Positions 35,256 through 45,486 of a DNA stretch of 64,000 nucleotides are shown here, in pieces. Within the stretch, counting starts at the first letter, position 1. Every line of letters starts with the position of its first letter. Location of the stretch: assembly GCA_964386635.1 (NCBI GenBank), contig CAYLRO010000003.1, positions 13,345-77,344 of the forward strand. Reading direction: 5' to 3'. The notes beneath the pieces are model-generated. The model was given only the letters and a program-made list of their open reading frames with translations. It had not been told where the DNA came from and ran no database searches. The position numbers and the translations under genes were made by a program. The stretch is from an uncultured bacterium (GTDB lineage: Bacteria; Fermentibacterota; Fermentibacteria; Fermentibacterales; JCC-6).

Positions 35256-36401
35256 ATGCCGGAAGAGAATGTTGTACCAGAGGGAACAGCTCCTGAGGAA
35301 GTTGTGCCCGAAGCAGCCCAGACGGAGGCGGAACAGCCTGAAGAACCTGCTTCAACAGCACAGACACACAACAGAGAGCTTGGCTGCCAGAACTGCGGTG
35401 CACCGCTTGAGTACATGGAGGGCGAGAGTGTAATAACCTGCCCCTACTGCGGTACTACAACCATGCTTGCAGGCTATGACAACATCGTAAAGATTGACAG
35501 CCATTCCATGCTTCCCATGAATGTTAACGAGAATGATGCCATCAGTGCCCTGCTCACATGGCTTTCAAAGGGATTCCACCGGTCGAAGAAGAATATTCAG
35601 ACTGCCAAAGTCGAGTCCATCAGGGGGCTCATGCTGCCGTACTGGATAGTGAAGAGCAATGCTTCCACTGCATGGCGGGGGAAGAAAAAGAGAACAAGAA
35701 CTGTGGGAACCGGTGACAAGAAGAAGACCGAGACCTGGTGGGAGCCTGTAAGCGGCAGATTCAGCGAGGACTACACCTGGCCTGAGTACGCCCGTGAAGA
35801 CCCTGATGAATTCTGGGGCGTTGAGAACATCAAGCCCGGGAAAAAGTCTCTCTTTCCAGACTGGGGCAAATTCTGGCTCAGATTCGGAGGAGGCAGGGAA
35901 AGCCCGAACCGGAACCTTCTTGACGGACAGCTGCCTTTTGACATTCAGGAAGTCAAGAAGTGCGGTATGGCTGATAACATGGTTAACGGTCAGATAACTC
36001 AGGAAAGAGCAGAGTCCAATGCAAAGGGCAACATAAAGGAACATCAGGCTAAGAAGGCTGACAAAAAAGCGGATGTTCTTTCAGACGTGGACACAGTTGT
36101 TAATGTTAACAAGGTTGATCTTGTGTACGTCCCGATGTGGGAGATGAAGTACAGCCTGAACGGTAAAAGCTACAATGCCCTTGTAGACGGCACAAAGAAG
36201 GAAGTTCTTTCAGCTGAGTATCCTGTGAGTACAAAGGCCCGAGTAACAATATTCGATATCTTCCTGGGCATACCTGCTATCATCGCAGGAGCAATCGGTT
36301 TTGCCGGAGACGGATCCAAAGTTGCAACAATAATCTTCTTCGTCCTTCTGGTTCTGATGCTTGCATACAGCCTTCTCAAAGGTCTTTCCGGAAAGAGTTG
36401 A
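35256..36401 (+). CDS. Hypothetical tail-anchored protein with N-terminal acidic/Pro-rich segment and zinc ribbon
   Basis: The ATG at 35256 has a GGGAGGG RBS 5 nt upstream. The ORF track's 35172 start lies inside the terminator. The zinc ribbon is CQNCGAPLEYMEGESVITCPYCG. A Lys-rich central region is followed by a single C-terminal TM helix (IFLGIPAIIAGAIGFAG...FFVLLVLMLAY). Confidence 0.6.
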   Translation: MPEENVVPEGTAPEEVVPEAAQTEAEQPEEPASTAQTHNRELGCQNCGAPLEYMEGESVITCPYCGTTTMLAGYDNIVKIDSHSMLPMNVNENDAISALLTWLSKGFHRSKKNIQTAKVESIRGLMLPYWIVKSNASTAWRGKKKRTRTVGTGDKKKTETWWEPVSGRFSEDYTWPEYAREDPDEFWGVENIKPGKKSLFPDWGKFWLRFGGGRESPNRNLLDGQLPFDIQEVKKCGMADNMVNGQITQERAESNAKGNIKEHQAKKADKKADVLSDVDTVVNVNKVDLVYVPMWEMKYSLNGKSYNALVDGTKKEVLSAEYPVSTKARVTIFDIFLGIPAIIAGAIGFAGDGSKVATIIFFVLLVLMLAYSLLKGLSGKS

Positions 36402-36805
36402 TGACTGACATTCCTGAAGCTGCCCTCTCGTGGACCTGGCTCCGGGCTGGAGGTCCCGGAGGGCAGCACCAGAACAAAACAGAGACAGCAGTTCAGTTGA
36501 GGTACAGCATACCCCTGGGAGAATTGAACCGGGAAACAGCTGAAAGACTAAGGCGACTGGCAGGAAGCAGATTGAACTCTGCTGACGAGATAATCATTGA
36601 ATGCCGCGAACACCGAAGCAGAGAAATGAACAGGCGGGTTGCCCTTGAAAAACTGGAGCTTCTTATTGAGGAAGCTGAGAAACGGGACATACCCAGAAAG
36701 AAGACTCGTCCAACAAGAGCATCATCTGCCAGGAGAGTTAAATTGAAAAAAGAGAATTCCCAGAGAAAGAAATTGAGAAGAAAACCTGAGGTTCATGATG
36801 ACTGA
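36398..36805 (+). CDS. arfB: Alternative ribosome-rescue factor ArfB (peptidyl-tRNA hydrolase, RF-like GGQ protein)
   Basis: The GGQ motif is GGPGGQHQNKTETAVQLRY. The 135-aa protein has a basic C-terminal tail. An ATGA overlap links it to the upstream gene. Confidence 0.85.
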   Translation: MMTDIPEAALSWTWLRAGGPGGQHQNKTETAVQLRYSIPLGELNRETAERLRRLAGSRLNSADEIIIECREHRSREMNRRVALEKLELLIEEAEKRDIPRKKTRPTRASSARRVKLKKENSQRKKLRRKPEVHDD

Positions 36806-38255
36806 CCGTGTAAAACTGCTTGTTCTCACAATAGTTTCTCTTGGTACAAGGCTGTTCATGCTGGGAGGAAAAAGCCTGTGGATAGACGAGTGTCTGGCCT
36901 GGGGTGCGACGCGGATGGGCTGGATGGAGATGTTCAGATCTGTTGCTTCAGGAACACCCCATCCTCCGGTTGCTTTCGCTCTGATAAAGCTGTCTGCAAT
37001 TATTGCAGGTGACGGCGAATTCGGCCTCAGATTCCTTATTGCTGTTTTCACTGCGTCTGCTGTTGTTCCTTTGTACAGGCTGGCTGCCAGAAGAACCACT
37101 GCTCGCGGAGGTTTCTATGCCGGTCTTCTCTGGGCTCTCTCACCGTTTGCTGTTTCCCTGGGGCAGGAATGCTGGGTTTATGGAATAAATGCAGCCCTCT
37201 CTTTCTGGTTTGCCGATGTTGCCGATCTGGCATGGAGGGGATCCCGGAAGGCTTATATAACAGCATTCATTCTTGGTATTGCGGGTATTCTCACACAGCA
37301 TATTTTTGTTATTACCGTTGCAGCTTCAGCTGTACTCTATTTTTCAATTGACGCCGGGAAGAGGATCTCGATACTGAAATTTATAACAGTTCCTCTCTTT
37401 CTTGCTGCAGCATACCTGCCTGTGTACCTGTATTTCTCTTCTCAGTTTGCTGCAAGAACAGAGAGACTCGTATCTGCAGGTTTTTATGCCGGCACATTCA
37501 GACTGTTTTCAACCAGGCCATTATCAGAATTGTTCAGGGTATTTGCAGGGGGACTGTTGCCTGAGATATCGCAGAATATCCTGGAAAGACCCAGAATGTT
37601 TACTGCGTATTTAGTTAATGCGGCAGCTGTTATCTTCATGGGAATTGTTCCGCTTTTCCGCTTCAAAAAATGGAACATGCCTGGTCTCAGATTCCTCTGG
37701 ATTATCCTTCTTCTTCCATTTCTGCTCTTTATAAATGACGATCCAACCATCAGACATCTGTCTCTGATCTGGCTTGTCATCTCCATTTCATCAGCTGCTG
37801 TTTTTTCCAGATACAGATACTCTGGACCTGCAGCAGCAGTCTTTATGCTGATTGCTCTGGTTCCTTACTACAGAATGGATGTTTTTCCGTATCACAGAAG
37901 TAACTGGCATCAAGGAGTGGAAACCATAGAAGCAATGGCTGCTCCAGGTGACGGTGTTGTTATTTTCGGGGGAAAGTCAACTGCTTTTGCCTGGGAATTC
38001 TATTCTGAGACCGGCATGGACTATTTTGCTCCTGGCGGAGAAACTCCATTTGCCGTTGACAGTGAGAGAAGCAGAGTGAACAGGGTTGCTTTTATGGACA
38101 GTGTTTTTGCAACAAGAGAGAATCGACGAATTTGGGTTCTGATAGACGTGTGGGGTTCTCCTGAAATGGAAAGCATAAAGGGGGACAGGACCGTGTCGTT
38201 CTCTTCACAGGCTGGAGATCACATGCTGATGATACTTCTGGAAGGAAAGCACTAA
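36795..38255 (+). CDS. GT-C glycosyltransferase, ArnT/PMT (GT39/GT83)-like
   Basis: The first extracytoplasmic loop has a DE motif (LWIDECLAWG). The 486-aa protein has about 11 TM helices and a C-terminal soluble domain. Confidence 0.65.
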   Translation: MMTDRVKLLVLTIVSLGTRLFMLGGKSLWIDECLAWGATRMGWMEMFRSVASGTPHPPVAFALIKLSAIIAGDGEFGLRFLIAVFTASAVVPLYRLAARRTTARGGFYAGLLWALSPFAVSLGQECWVYGINAALSFWFADVADLAWRGSRKAYITAFILGIAGILTQHIFVITVAASAVLYFSIDAGKRISILKFITVPLFLAAAYLPVYLYFSSQFAARTERLVSAGFYAGTFRLFSTRPLSELFRVFAGGLLPEISQNILERPRMFTAYLVNAAAVIFMGIVPLFRFKKWNMPGLRFLWIILLLPFLLFINDDPTIRHLSLIWLVISISSAAVFSRYRYSGPAAAVFMLIALVPYYRMDVFPYHRSNWHQGVETIEAMAAPGDGVVIFGGKSTAFAWEFYSETGMDYFAPGGETPFAVDSERSRVNRVAFMDSVFATRENRRIWVLIDVWGSPEMESIKGDRTVSFSSQAGDHMLMILLEGKH

Positions 38256-38353
38256 TCGCAACATGTTGTTGCAAATTTGCCATTCGGTATGTCATTTGAT
38301 TAGCTTTCAACATCACATTTATAAAGAAGACATCCAGTGAGAGGGGGATTGGC

Positions 38354-41350
38354 TTGAAGCTATCCGTAACCGCAGTTACAAGACCGGTTGCCGTAACGGT
38401 TATCTCCATCGTAGCTGCCGTTCTCGGGGCAATAGCAGTTTTACAGATGCCTGTAGACCTGTTACCCTCCGTTGAATACCCCAGAATTACCATTGAAACA
38501 AGATATCCTTCATCCAGCCCATACGAGGTCGAGAGGCTTGTTACTGATCCTCTTGAAGAGGCGCTGGCAGGTGTCAGGGGTCTGCGCTCCTATTCTTCCA
38601 GATCCTACGGAGACATGAGCCGGATCACCCTTGAGTTCGACTGGGGTGCCAATATGGACTACACCCGGCTTGAGGTTAGAGAGAAACTGGATGTTGCCAG
38701 CTGGTCTCTTCCTGATGCCGCAGATCGTCCTACCATTGTTGATTACGACCCCTCCTCCAGACCGTTCATGGAGATCCTGCTTACAATGGACGGCGGATGG
38801 ACTGATATCAGTGACTTTTCAAGACGGGTGATCGCCACCCGTATCGAGCAGGTTGACGGAGTTGCCGCATGCGAGATAGACGGTGAAGCGGAGCCTGCAG
38901 TTTATGTTCGTCTTCGCGACGGGGTTATTGAAGAACTGGGAATTGACCCTGCATCAATAGCCGCTGCTCTCAGTGGAGCCAATGCAGTTTCTCCAGGAGG
39001 CCAGGTCCGTGATGGAGAGAAGGAATACTTCCTCTCGCTTCAGGGCGAGTTCGAGTCTCTGGATGATGTCCGCAACACAGTTGTGGCTTCACTTGATGGA
39101 ACCCCTCTGCTTCTGGATGCAATCGCTGATGTATACATTTCAGAAAAACCGCCATCTGAATGGGCAAGCTACAATGGGGAGAGGGCCATTATCCTGAGGA
39201 TCAGGAAGATGGCTGAGTCGAATACAGTTGAAGTGGCAGGCCTTGTTAAGGATGTGGTTGAGGAGCTGAATCTTGCCAATGTTAATGTTCAGCTGCAGGT
39301 GATTCAGAACGATGCGGAATTCATAGAGGAATCCATTGGCGGGGTTGTTGAGGCACTTATTCTGGGTGCCTTCCTTGCATTCGGTGTTCTCTTCTTCTTT
39401 TTGAGAGACTGGAAGAGTCCACTGGTTCTTGGATTATCACTTCCCCTGAGCATTGCCCTTGCACTGTTCTTCCTCTATCTGGCCGGTGTAACAGTGAATA
39501 TCATGTCCCTTGGCGGACTGGCTCTGGGCACAGGTCTTCTTGTTGACAACGCCGTGGTGGTTCTTGAAGCGATCTATCGCAGGAGAGAACTGGGAGACAG
39601 CAGGAGAGATGCAGCTACCAGGGGAACAGCCGAGGTGGGACCTGCCATTGTTGCCAGCACTCTGACCACGATCATTGTGTTTTTCCCGGTGGTTTACATG
39701 GAGGGCATAACCAGTCAGCTTTTCAGGGATCAGGCTCTGGCAGTGGGTTCTGCTCTGCTGGCCAGTCTTCTTGTTGCAGTGACGGTGATACCTGCGCTTG
39801 CTGCCAGAATAGGCAGAACACAGAACTCTAAGGACGTAACTTCCGGATTGAAAGCCCGTTATGGTCGTAGCATGGAGAGAATTCTGGGAAGAAGAAAAAG
39901 GGTTCTTGCTTTTACTCTGCTGATCACTGTTCTGGCTTTTTTCGGTGCATCGAAACTTCCGATGCAGCTGCTTCCTGATACTCCTGCTGATCAGCTTGAA
40001 ATGACTTTCAGTGCCCCTGAAGGCACTTCCATGGAACAACTTGTGGATCTTTCCTCAATGTTGAGCGAGCTTGCAGATCTGTCAGGCAGCCTGTGGACAA
40101 GCGGCAGAGTCGGCGTCCGGGCAGAGGAGGGCGTTGATGCTCTTTCAGTTGCTGAGTTTTCAACACCGTCTCAGGCAGCGAACGCCATATTGCCCATCAG
40201 AGATGCATGGAGTGATGCCTTCAGTTTCCCCCTTCAGGTTGGTCCAAGAGGAACTCTCCTGGGAGAAATACTCGGCGGCGGAAGCGGTTTCACCATATAC
40301 CTTGAGGGCGAGAGCATTGAGACTGATCTTCAGGCAGCTCAGGCTGTTGCTGAACTGTCCCATTCAAGAATAGACAATGTCATAAGCGCTGATGTTAACT
40401 TTCTCCCCGGCAAGCCTGAGATAGTTGTAAGACCCGACGGCGAGCTTCTTAATCTTCTCGGTATTACAGCCGATGATGTTGCTGATTACCTGGAGAGCCT
40501 TTCAAGGGGCATTGTGGCTACTACTTATTACCGGCAGGATGAGAAGGTCGATGTAATGCTTCTTGCAGGAAGCGGTGAAGGTATTTCCGTGGATTCCCTG
40601 TTCCAGAGATCTGTTGGTATTGCCGGGACACTTATCCAGGTGGACAGGATTGTGGAAACATTCATTCGTCAGACTCCGGGGTTCATCGAGCATTATCAGG
40701 GTAACAGAGCTGTAGGAGTTAGTATACAGAGCAGCGGCACCAACATGGCCGGTATTTCAGAGGAGATAACCGCCCTTGCTGATTCAGCCCTTGCAGGAGA
40801 GCCGGTGAAGCTGAGAACAGGAGCCGAAATAGAGGAAATGGACAGAACCACCTCAAGCCTTATTCTGGCTGCCATTCTGGCTATAGCTCTTGTTTATGTT
40901 CTTCTGGCAGTACAGTTTGAATCATTTATTGAGCCTTTCATTATCATGATTACAGTGCCTCTGGGGATTATCGGCGTTGTTCTCGGCCTGACACTGTTCG
41001 GCCAGAGCTGGAATGCTTTGTCCGGGATCGGTCTTGTAATTCTCTCGGGAATTGTTGTTAACGACGGTATTCTGCTTGTTGAGCGGATAACCCAGCTCAG
41101 AAAGCAGGGTCTGCCTGTTAGACAGGCTGTTATTGATGCAGGCAGGGACAGATTCAGACCTGTTCTCATGACTACGGTCACAACCATCTTAGGCCTTCTT
41201 CCCATGGCTGTTGGTCTTGGAGAAGGTGCATCGCTGAGGCAGCCGCTGGCTATTGCTGTGATCTCAGGAATTACGGTGGCAACTCTGCTTACCCTTGTGG
41301 TGGTTCCGGTTCTCTATGCAGTACTTGTGGGAGATAAGGTTACGCGATGA
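38354..41350 (+). CDS. RND efflux transporter permease subunit (AcrB/MdtB-like)
   Basis: The 998-aa protein has 12 TM segments and two large periplasmic loops. The TTG start has a GAGGGGG RBS. Confidence 0.9.
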   Translation: MKLSVTAVTRPVAVTVISIVAAVLGAIAVLQMPVDLLPSVEYPRITIETRYPSSSPYEVERLVTDPLEEALAGVRGLRSYSSRSYGDMSRITLEFDWGANMDYTRLEVREKLDVASWSLPDAADRPTIVDYDPSSRPFMEILLTMDGGWTDISDFSRRVIATRIEQVDGVAACEIDGEAEPAVYVRLRDGVIEELGIDPASIAAALSGANAVSPGGQVRDGEKEYFLSLQGEFESLDDVRNTVVASLDGTPLLLDAIADVYISEKPPSEWASYNGERAIILRIRKMAESNTVEVAGLVKDVVEELNLANVNVQLQVIQNDAEFIEESIGGVVEALILGAFLAFGVLFFFLRDWKSPLVLGLSLPLSIALALFFLYLAGVTVNIMSLGGLALGTGLLVDNAVVVLEAIYRRRELGDSRRDAATRGTAEVGPAIVASTLTTIIVFFPVVYMEGITSQLFRDQALAVGSALLASLLVAVTVIPALAARIGRTQNSKDVTSGLKARYGRSMERILGRRKRVLAFTLLITVLAFFGASKLPMQLLPDTPADQLEMTFSAPEGTSMEQLVDLSSMLSELADLSGSLWTSGRVGVRAEEGVDALSVAEFSTPSQAANAILPIRDAWSDAFSFPLQVGPRGTLLGEILGGGSGFTIYLEGESIETDLQAAQAVAELSHSRIDNVISADVNFLPGKPEIVVRPDGELLNLLGITADDVADYLESLSRGIVATTYYRQDEKVDVMLLAGSGEGISVDSLFQRSVGIAGTLIQVDRIVETFIRQTPGFIEHYQGNRAVGVSIQSSGTNMAGISEEITALADSALAGEPVKLRTGAEIEEMDRTTSSLILAAILAIALVYVLLAVQFESFIEPFIIMITVPLGIIGVVLGLTLFGQSWNALSGIGLVILSGIVVNDGILLVERITQLRKQGLPVRQAVIDAGRDRFRPVLMTTVTTILGLLPMAVGLGEGASLRQPLAIAVISGITVATLLTLVVVPVLYAVLVGDKVTR

Positions 41351-44300
41351 TAGACAAGCTGCTTAAAAGACCTCGTGGAACGGCTATAATCTACATCGCA
41401 CTTCTTGGTCTGGCTGCAGTTAGCCTTTTCAGGATACCTATTGAGGGATCTCCTGATACAACCCTCCCGGAGCTTAATGTCACCACAGGGTGGTACGGTG
41501 CTGATCCCGAGGCTGTATGCGAACAGCTTACCCGACCTATAGAGGAGGCTGCAAGGCAACTGAGAGATGTTCGGGAGGTGTCATCCCGGTCCAGCGAGGG
41601 AAGAAGCGTTGTTACGGTTTCCTTTGATCAGGGAGCCGATATGGATGTTGCTTCCATGGAACTCACCGAGAGAATTTCCATGATAAGGGATGACCTGCCC
41701 GGCAATGCCGGGGCCAGTACGGTTACACAGGCCATTCCAAGGGAAATGGAGAGTGAGGGATTTCTTATCTATGCCATCACAGGAGCAGAGAAATCCATTC
41801 TGAAGAATCTTGCAGAAGACGTTGTTGTTCCGGCACTTGAACGGATAGACGGTGTCAGTTCGGTGATTGTTGAAGGGCTGGGCAGCGAAGAGGTGCTGAT
41901 TGATGTTGATATGGAGGCCCTGCGGTCTCTTGATCTCACTCTTGCCCAGGTTGTTTACTCCATACAGAACGGTATCGTGGACAGGAATGTGGGTGTTGCC
42001 ACTGATACTACAGGTCTGCAGGCTGTTCTCAGAGTTTCCACGGTCCCTATGTCGCTCTGGGAGATGGAACAGCTTGTTGTAAAGCAGACCGGCACTGATT
42101 TCGTAACCCTGGATGATATCTCCCACGGCATCTATCAGAGCTATTCAGATAACTCGGGAGTGATATTCAGGTACAACGGTCTTGACCAGATCACAATGGA
42201 GCTTGACAGATCACCCGGGTCGAATGCTGTTCGGGTTGCGGCAGTGGTACGGGAAGAGGTTCAGAGAATTCAGGCAGGCTTACCTCAAGAAGTAGAGCTT
42301 AATCTGATCGAAGATGGAACCGAAGCCATAACTGACGACCTCAGCGCTCTTTCCTGGAGGGCTCTTGTCTCTCTGGGGCTTATCATGCTGATCCTTCTTA
42401 TCCTCAACCCCAGCCCGTTGACCACTCCTCTTATACTCAGCTCCATTTTATTCAGCAGCGCCCTGGCTGTAACAGCAGTTTTTCTTGCAGGCTACAGCAT
42501 CAATGTTCTAACACTCAGCGCCCTTGCCATTGCATTCGGTCTGCTTGTAGACGGAGCAGTTGTTGTTATGGAGGCAATCGCCTTCAGGCGGAGACAGGGG
42601 ATGAGTGCCCTTGAAGCAGCCGGAGTTGGTGCCAGAGAAGTTGCCATGCCGGTTCTTGGAGGAATTCTCACCACCCTTGTTGCCTTTGTACCCCTTCTGG
42701 CAAGCGAGGGGGTTCTCAGGATCTATTACAGACCCTTTGCTTTTACAGTTGCTGCAACACTTCTCGCTTCATACGCAGTCTGCCTTACATTCGTTCCCTC
42801 CATTGCAGGTCACTGGAGCAAGGGAAACTGGTACAGAAAAAGGAAATGGGATCAAACCCTGAGCCGACTGGTCTCCATTCTTCACCACAGACCCTGGATA
42901 CCTGTTACTGTTACTTTTCTTCTCATTGCAGGTTCTGTGTATGTGCTGCTGACCAAAGTGGAGCATGGTCAAACCTGGAATTTCGGAGGTGACAGGGATT
43001 ACCTGTATGTATCCTACGCTTTTCCTCCTGGAACTCCCCAGGAGATAGCGGATGATGTAGCCAGCGGGTTTGAAGATATAATGGTCTCCAAGGACGGAGT
43101 TCTTTCCACAAGAACCACTGTCTACGGCGAGTCCGGCGTTATCTACTGTCAGTTTGACACAGACGCTCTGCGTAATGGAACAGCACTGCAGACCGAATCA
43201 GAGGTTATAGCACTGGCTACCACTGTTGGAGGTGTCAGAAGGATATATGCTGGAGGTATCAGTCCGGAAGGGTACTGGCGAAGCACTGCCAGTGCCGGGA
43301 TGATGCAGACTGTGGAACTCAGAGGATTCGATTACGAGGGTTTGAAAACACTTGCTGTGAATCTGCAGACTCTTCTCCAGCGTCATCCGAGAGTTGAGGA
43401 AGTGGACATTAACTGGAATGCCAGATCCGTGGACAGAGAGCAGCTTGCAATTGTGTTTGACCGTATCGAGCTGGCTGACCTGGGCATCAATCCTTTCCAG
43501 CTTGTAATGGCCCTGACGTACAACATGGCTGGTGGATACGGTGCACAGGTGAGGATTGCTGATGAAACCACCGATCTCTCTTTCAGACTTGAGGGGCAGA
43601 AAGATCCTGAACTGAGTGAAATACTGGATAGCAGAATAGTCACCAGGGATGGTTTTACAAGACTTGGCGACATCATCGATATTGACACTGTGGGAGTTCA
43701 GGGAACGGTTATCCGTGAAGACGGAGAATACGTAAGAACTGTGGCTTACTCCTTTATGGGAGCGGAAAGAATGGCTGCGAGATTCAGGCATTCCCTCCTG
43801 ACAAGTCTTGAGCTTCCTTCAGGGTACAGAGTTTACGAGGACACAACATTCCTCCCTGATTGGCTTGAGGAAGAAGAAGGTATGGACATGAACCTTCTTG
43901 TGGGACTTGCAATACTCGCTGTATTTGCAGTTACAGCCATTGTGTTTGAAAGTTTTAAAGCACCGCTGTATGTCCTGGCGGTTATACCCATGGCCCTTGT
44001 TGGGGTGGCGGCAGGATTCTGGCTGTTTGACAGGATATTCAGCCCTGAGGCTTACGTTGGAAGCGTGTTTCTGGTGGGTATAGCGGTAAACAATTCAATA
44101 TTACTCATAGACAGTTTTGAAAAAAAGAACAAAACAGGAATGGATTTGCGCAAGGCGGTTGATCTTGTTGTAGAGGAAAGGCTCAGACCTATTCTTCAGA
44201 CTACGGCTACAACGGTTCTGGGGCTTCTTCCACTGGTTCTATGGCCTATCTCAAGCCAGGATCTCTGGGGAACGCTCTCCTTTACAGTTGTCTGCGGAAT

Positions 44301-44391
44301 GGTTGTCTCAACTCCGCTTGTGCTCATTACCCTGCCTGCTTTGATCCAGATCACTTCCCGGAGGAGGAAAAAACATGTTCCGGAGAATTAG
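41347..44391 (+). CDS. RND efflux transporter permease subunit (second paralogue, MdtC-like)
   Basis: The 1014-aa protein has the same architecture as the first permease. Its start overlaps the upstream stop (ATGA). Confidence 0.9.
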   Translation: MIDKLLKRPRGTAIIYIALLGLAAVSLFRIPIEGSPDTTLPELNVTTGWYGADPEAVCEQLTRPIEEAARQLRDVREVSSRSSEGRSVVTVSFDQGADMDVASMELTERISMIRDDLPGNAGASTVTQAIPREMESEGFLIYAITGAEKSILKNLAEDVVVPALERIDGVSSVIVEGLGSEEVLIDVDMEALRSLDLTLAQVVYSIQNGIVDRNVGVATDTTGLQAVLRVSTVPMSLWEMEQLVVKQTGTDFVTLDDISHGIYQSYSDNSGVIFRYNGLDQITMELDRSPGSNAVRVAAVVREEVQRIQAGLPQEVELNLIEDGTEAITDDLSALSWRALVSLGLIMLILLILNPSPLTTPLILSSILFSSALAVTAVFLAGYSINVLTLSALAIAFGLLVDGAVVVMEAIAFRRRQGMSALEAAGVGAREVAMPVLGGILTTLVAFVPLLASEGVLRIYYRPFAFTVAATLLASYAVCLTFVPSIAGHWSKGNWYRKRKWDQTLSRLVSILHHRPWIPVTVTFLLIAGSVYVLLTKVEHGQTWNFGGDRDYLYVSYAFPPGTPQEIADDVASGFEDIMVSKDGVLSTRTTVYGESGVIYCQFDTDALRNGTALQTESEVIALATTVGGVRRIYAGGISPEGYWRSTASAGMMQTVELRGFDYEGLKTLAVNLQTLLQRHPRVEEVDINWNARSVDREQLAIVFDRIELADLGINPFQLVMALTYNMAGGYGAQVRIADETTDLSFRLEGQKDPELSEILDSRIVTRDGFTRLGDIIDIDTVGVQGTVIREDGEYVRTVAYSFMGAERMAARFRHSLLTSLELPSGYRVYEDTTFLPDWLEEEEGMDMNLLVGLAILAVFAVTAIVFESFKAPLYVLAVIPMALVGVAAGFWLFDRIFSPEAYVGSVFLVGIAVNNSILLIDSFEKKNKTGMDLRKAVDLVVEERLRPILQTTATTVLGLLPLVLWPISSQDLWGTLSFTVVCGMVVSTPLVLITLPALIQITSRRRKKHVPEN

Positions 44392-45415
44392 TTTCTTTCC
44401 AGTGGTCGTTTTTGGTATTCTTCTCGCGGCTGGATGCGGCCAGGAGGAAGAATTAGAGAGGGAAACTCTTGAACCCTCTCCTCTTCCGGTATCAGCTTCT
44501 GTTGCTTCCACTGATGTTCTGTATGAGGTGATAAGCGCTACCGGCAGGGTTTCAAGCAGGAGAACCCAGACCCTCACAGCCCAGATTCAGGGCCAGGTGG
44601 TTCAGGCACCGGAGTATGAAGGCGAGGAGTATTCTGAAGGTCAGGTGATCTTCCGGGTGGCAAGCGGACAGCATGCTTCAAACCTTTCTGCTGCAAGCAG
44701 CGAGTACAGGAATGCTCAGGCCATCTATCAGTTTGAAATTGATAACTACAGGGGTGATGTGACGGATGAGGTCCGCAGTATGCTCAGACAGACTACCGGA
44801 CTGGAATCTGCATCTGCAAACCTGTCAAGTGCAAGAACCCAGTACGGGAACAGCGCAGTATCCGCAGGATTCAACGGAGTTATTTCACAGGTTACAGCTC
44901 TTGAGGGGATGACTGTCTATCCCGGTTCCCCGCTGGGAACGCTTGTAGACCCATGGAGTCTTCAGGTGGAGGTTGATCTGGATGAAAGGCAGCTGGCCAG
45001 ATGCTCAGCAGGTCTGAAGGCGTTTGTAACGGTTCCATCCCTGAATGATACAGTGCTTGTGGGTGAGGTCAGATCGGTTTCCCCGGTGATTGACCCGGGC
45101 TTCCGTTCAGGTGCGGTGGTTGTAACAGTTCCTCATGTGCCAGGTCTCCGTCCCGGAGCCACAGCAAGAACTGAAATTGTCTTTGCAGAGCATCAGGGTG
45201 CCCTGGTGATCCCTGAACAGGCTGTGCTGGTCAGAGATGATCGACCGATGGTTTTTGCCGTTGTTGATGGGCATGCGGACTGGCGTTATGTGACCCTTGG
45301 CCCGGCAGGAAGAGGAATAGTCGAAATTCTGGACGGTGTGGCAGAGGGCGAGACCGTGATTACAAGCGGCCATTACTCACTTGCCCACGATGCTCCGGTA
45401 GCAGTTGTGAACTGA
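44375..45415 (+). CDS. RND efflux periplasmic adaptor (membrane fusion protein, HlyD family) lipoprotein
   Basis: The lipobox is MFRRISFFPVVVFGILLAAGC. Coiled-coil and beta-barrel/lipoyl-like segments typical of membrane fusion proteins follow. Confidence 0.8.
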   Translation: MFRRISFFPVVVFGILLAAGCGQEEELERETLEPSPLPVSASVASTDVLYEVISATGRVSSRRTQTLTAQIQGQVVQAPEYEGEEYSEGQVIFRVASGQHASNLSAASSEYRNAQAIYQFEIDNYRGDVTDEVRSMLRQTTGLESASANLSSARTQYGNSAVSAGFNGVISQVTALEGMTVYPGSPLGTLVDPWSLQVEVDLDERQLARCSAGLKAFVTVPSLNDTVLVGEVRSVSPVIDPGFRSGAVVVTVPHVPGLRPGATARTEIVFAEHQGALVIPEQAVLVRDDRPMVFAVVDGHADWRYVTLGPAGRGIVEILDGVAEGETVITSGHYSLAHDAPVAVVN

Positions 45416-45486
45416 TTCCTGTTTTCCTGAAATAGCCAACACATACCCACCTTTTCAGCTGGAATGATAGAGGTTATCTTGTCCGA

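Noticed and set aside
35170-35433. Alternative-frame ORF (87 aa) at the 5' end of the zinc-ribbon gene, and the ORF tracker's 35172 start
   Set aside because: The 35172 start lies inside the upstream terminator hairpin. The ATG at 35256 has a strong GGGAGGG RBS and begins the conserved-looking protein.
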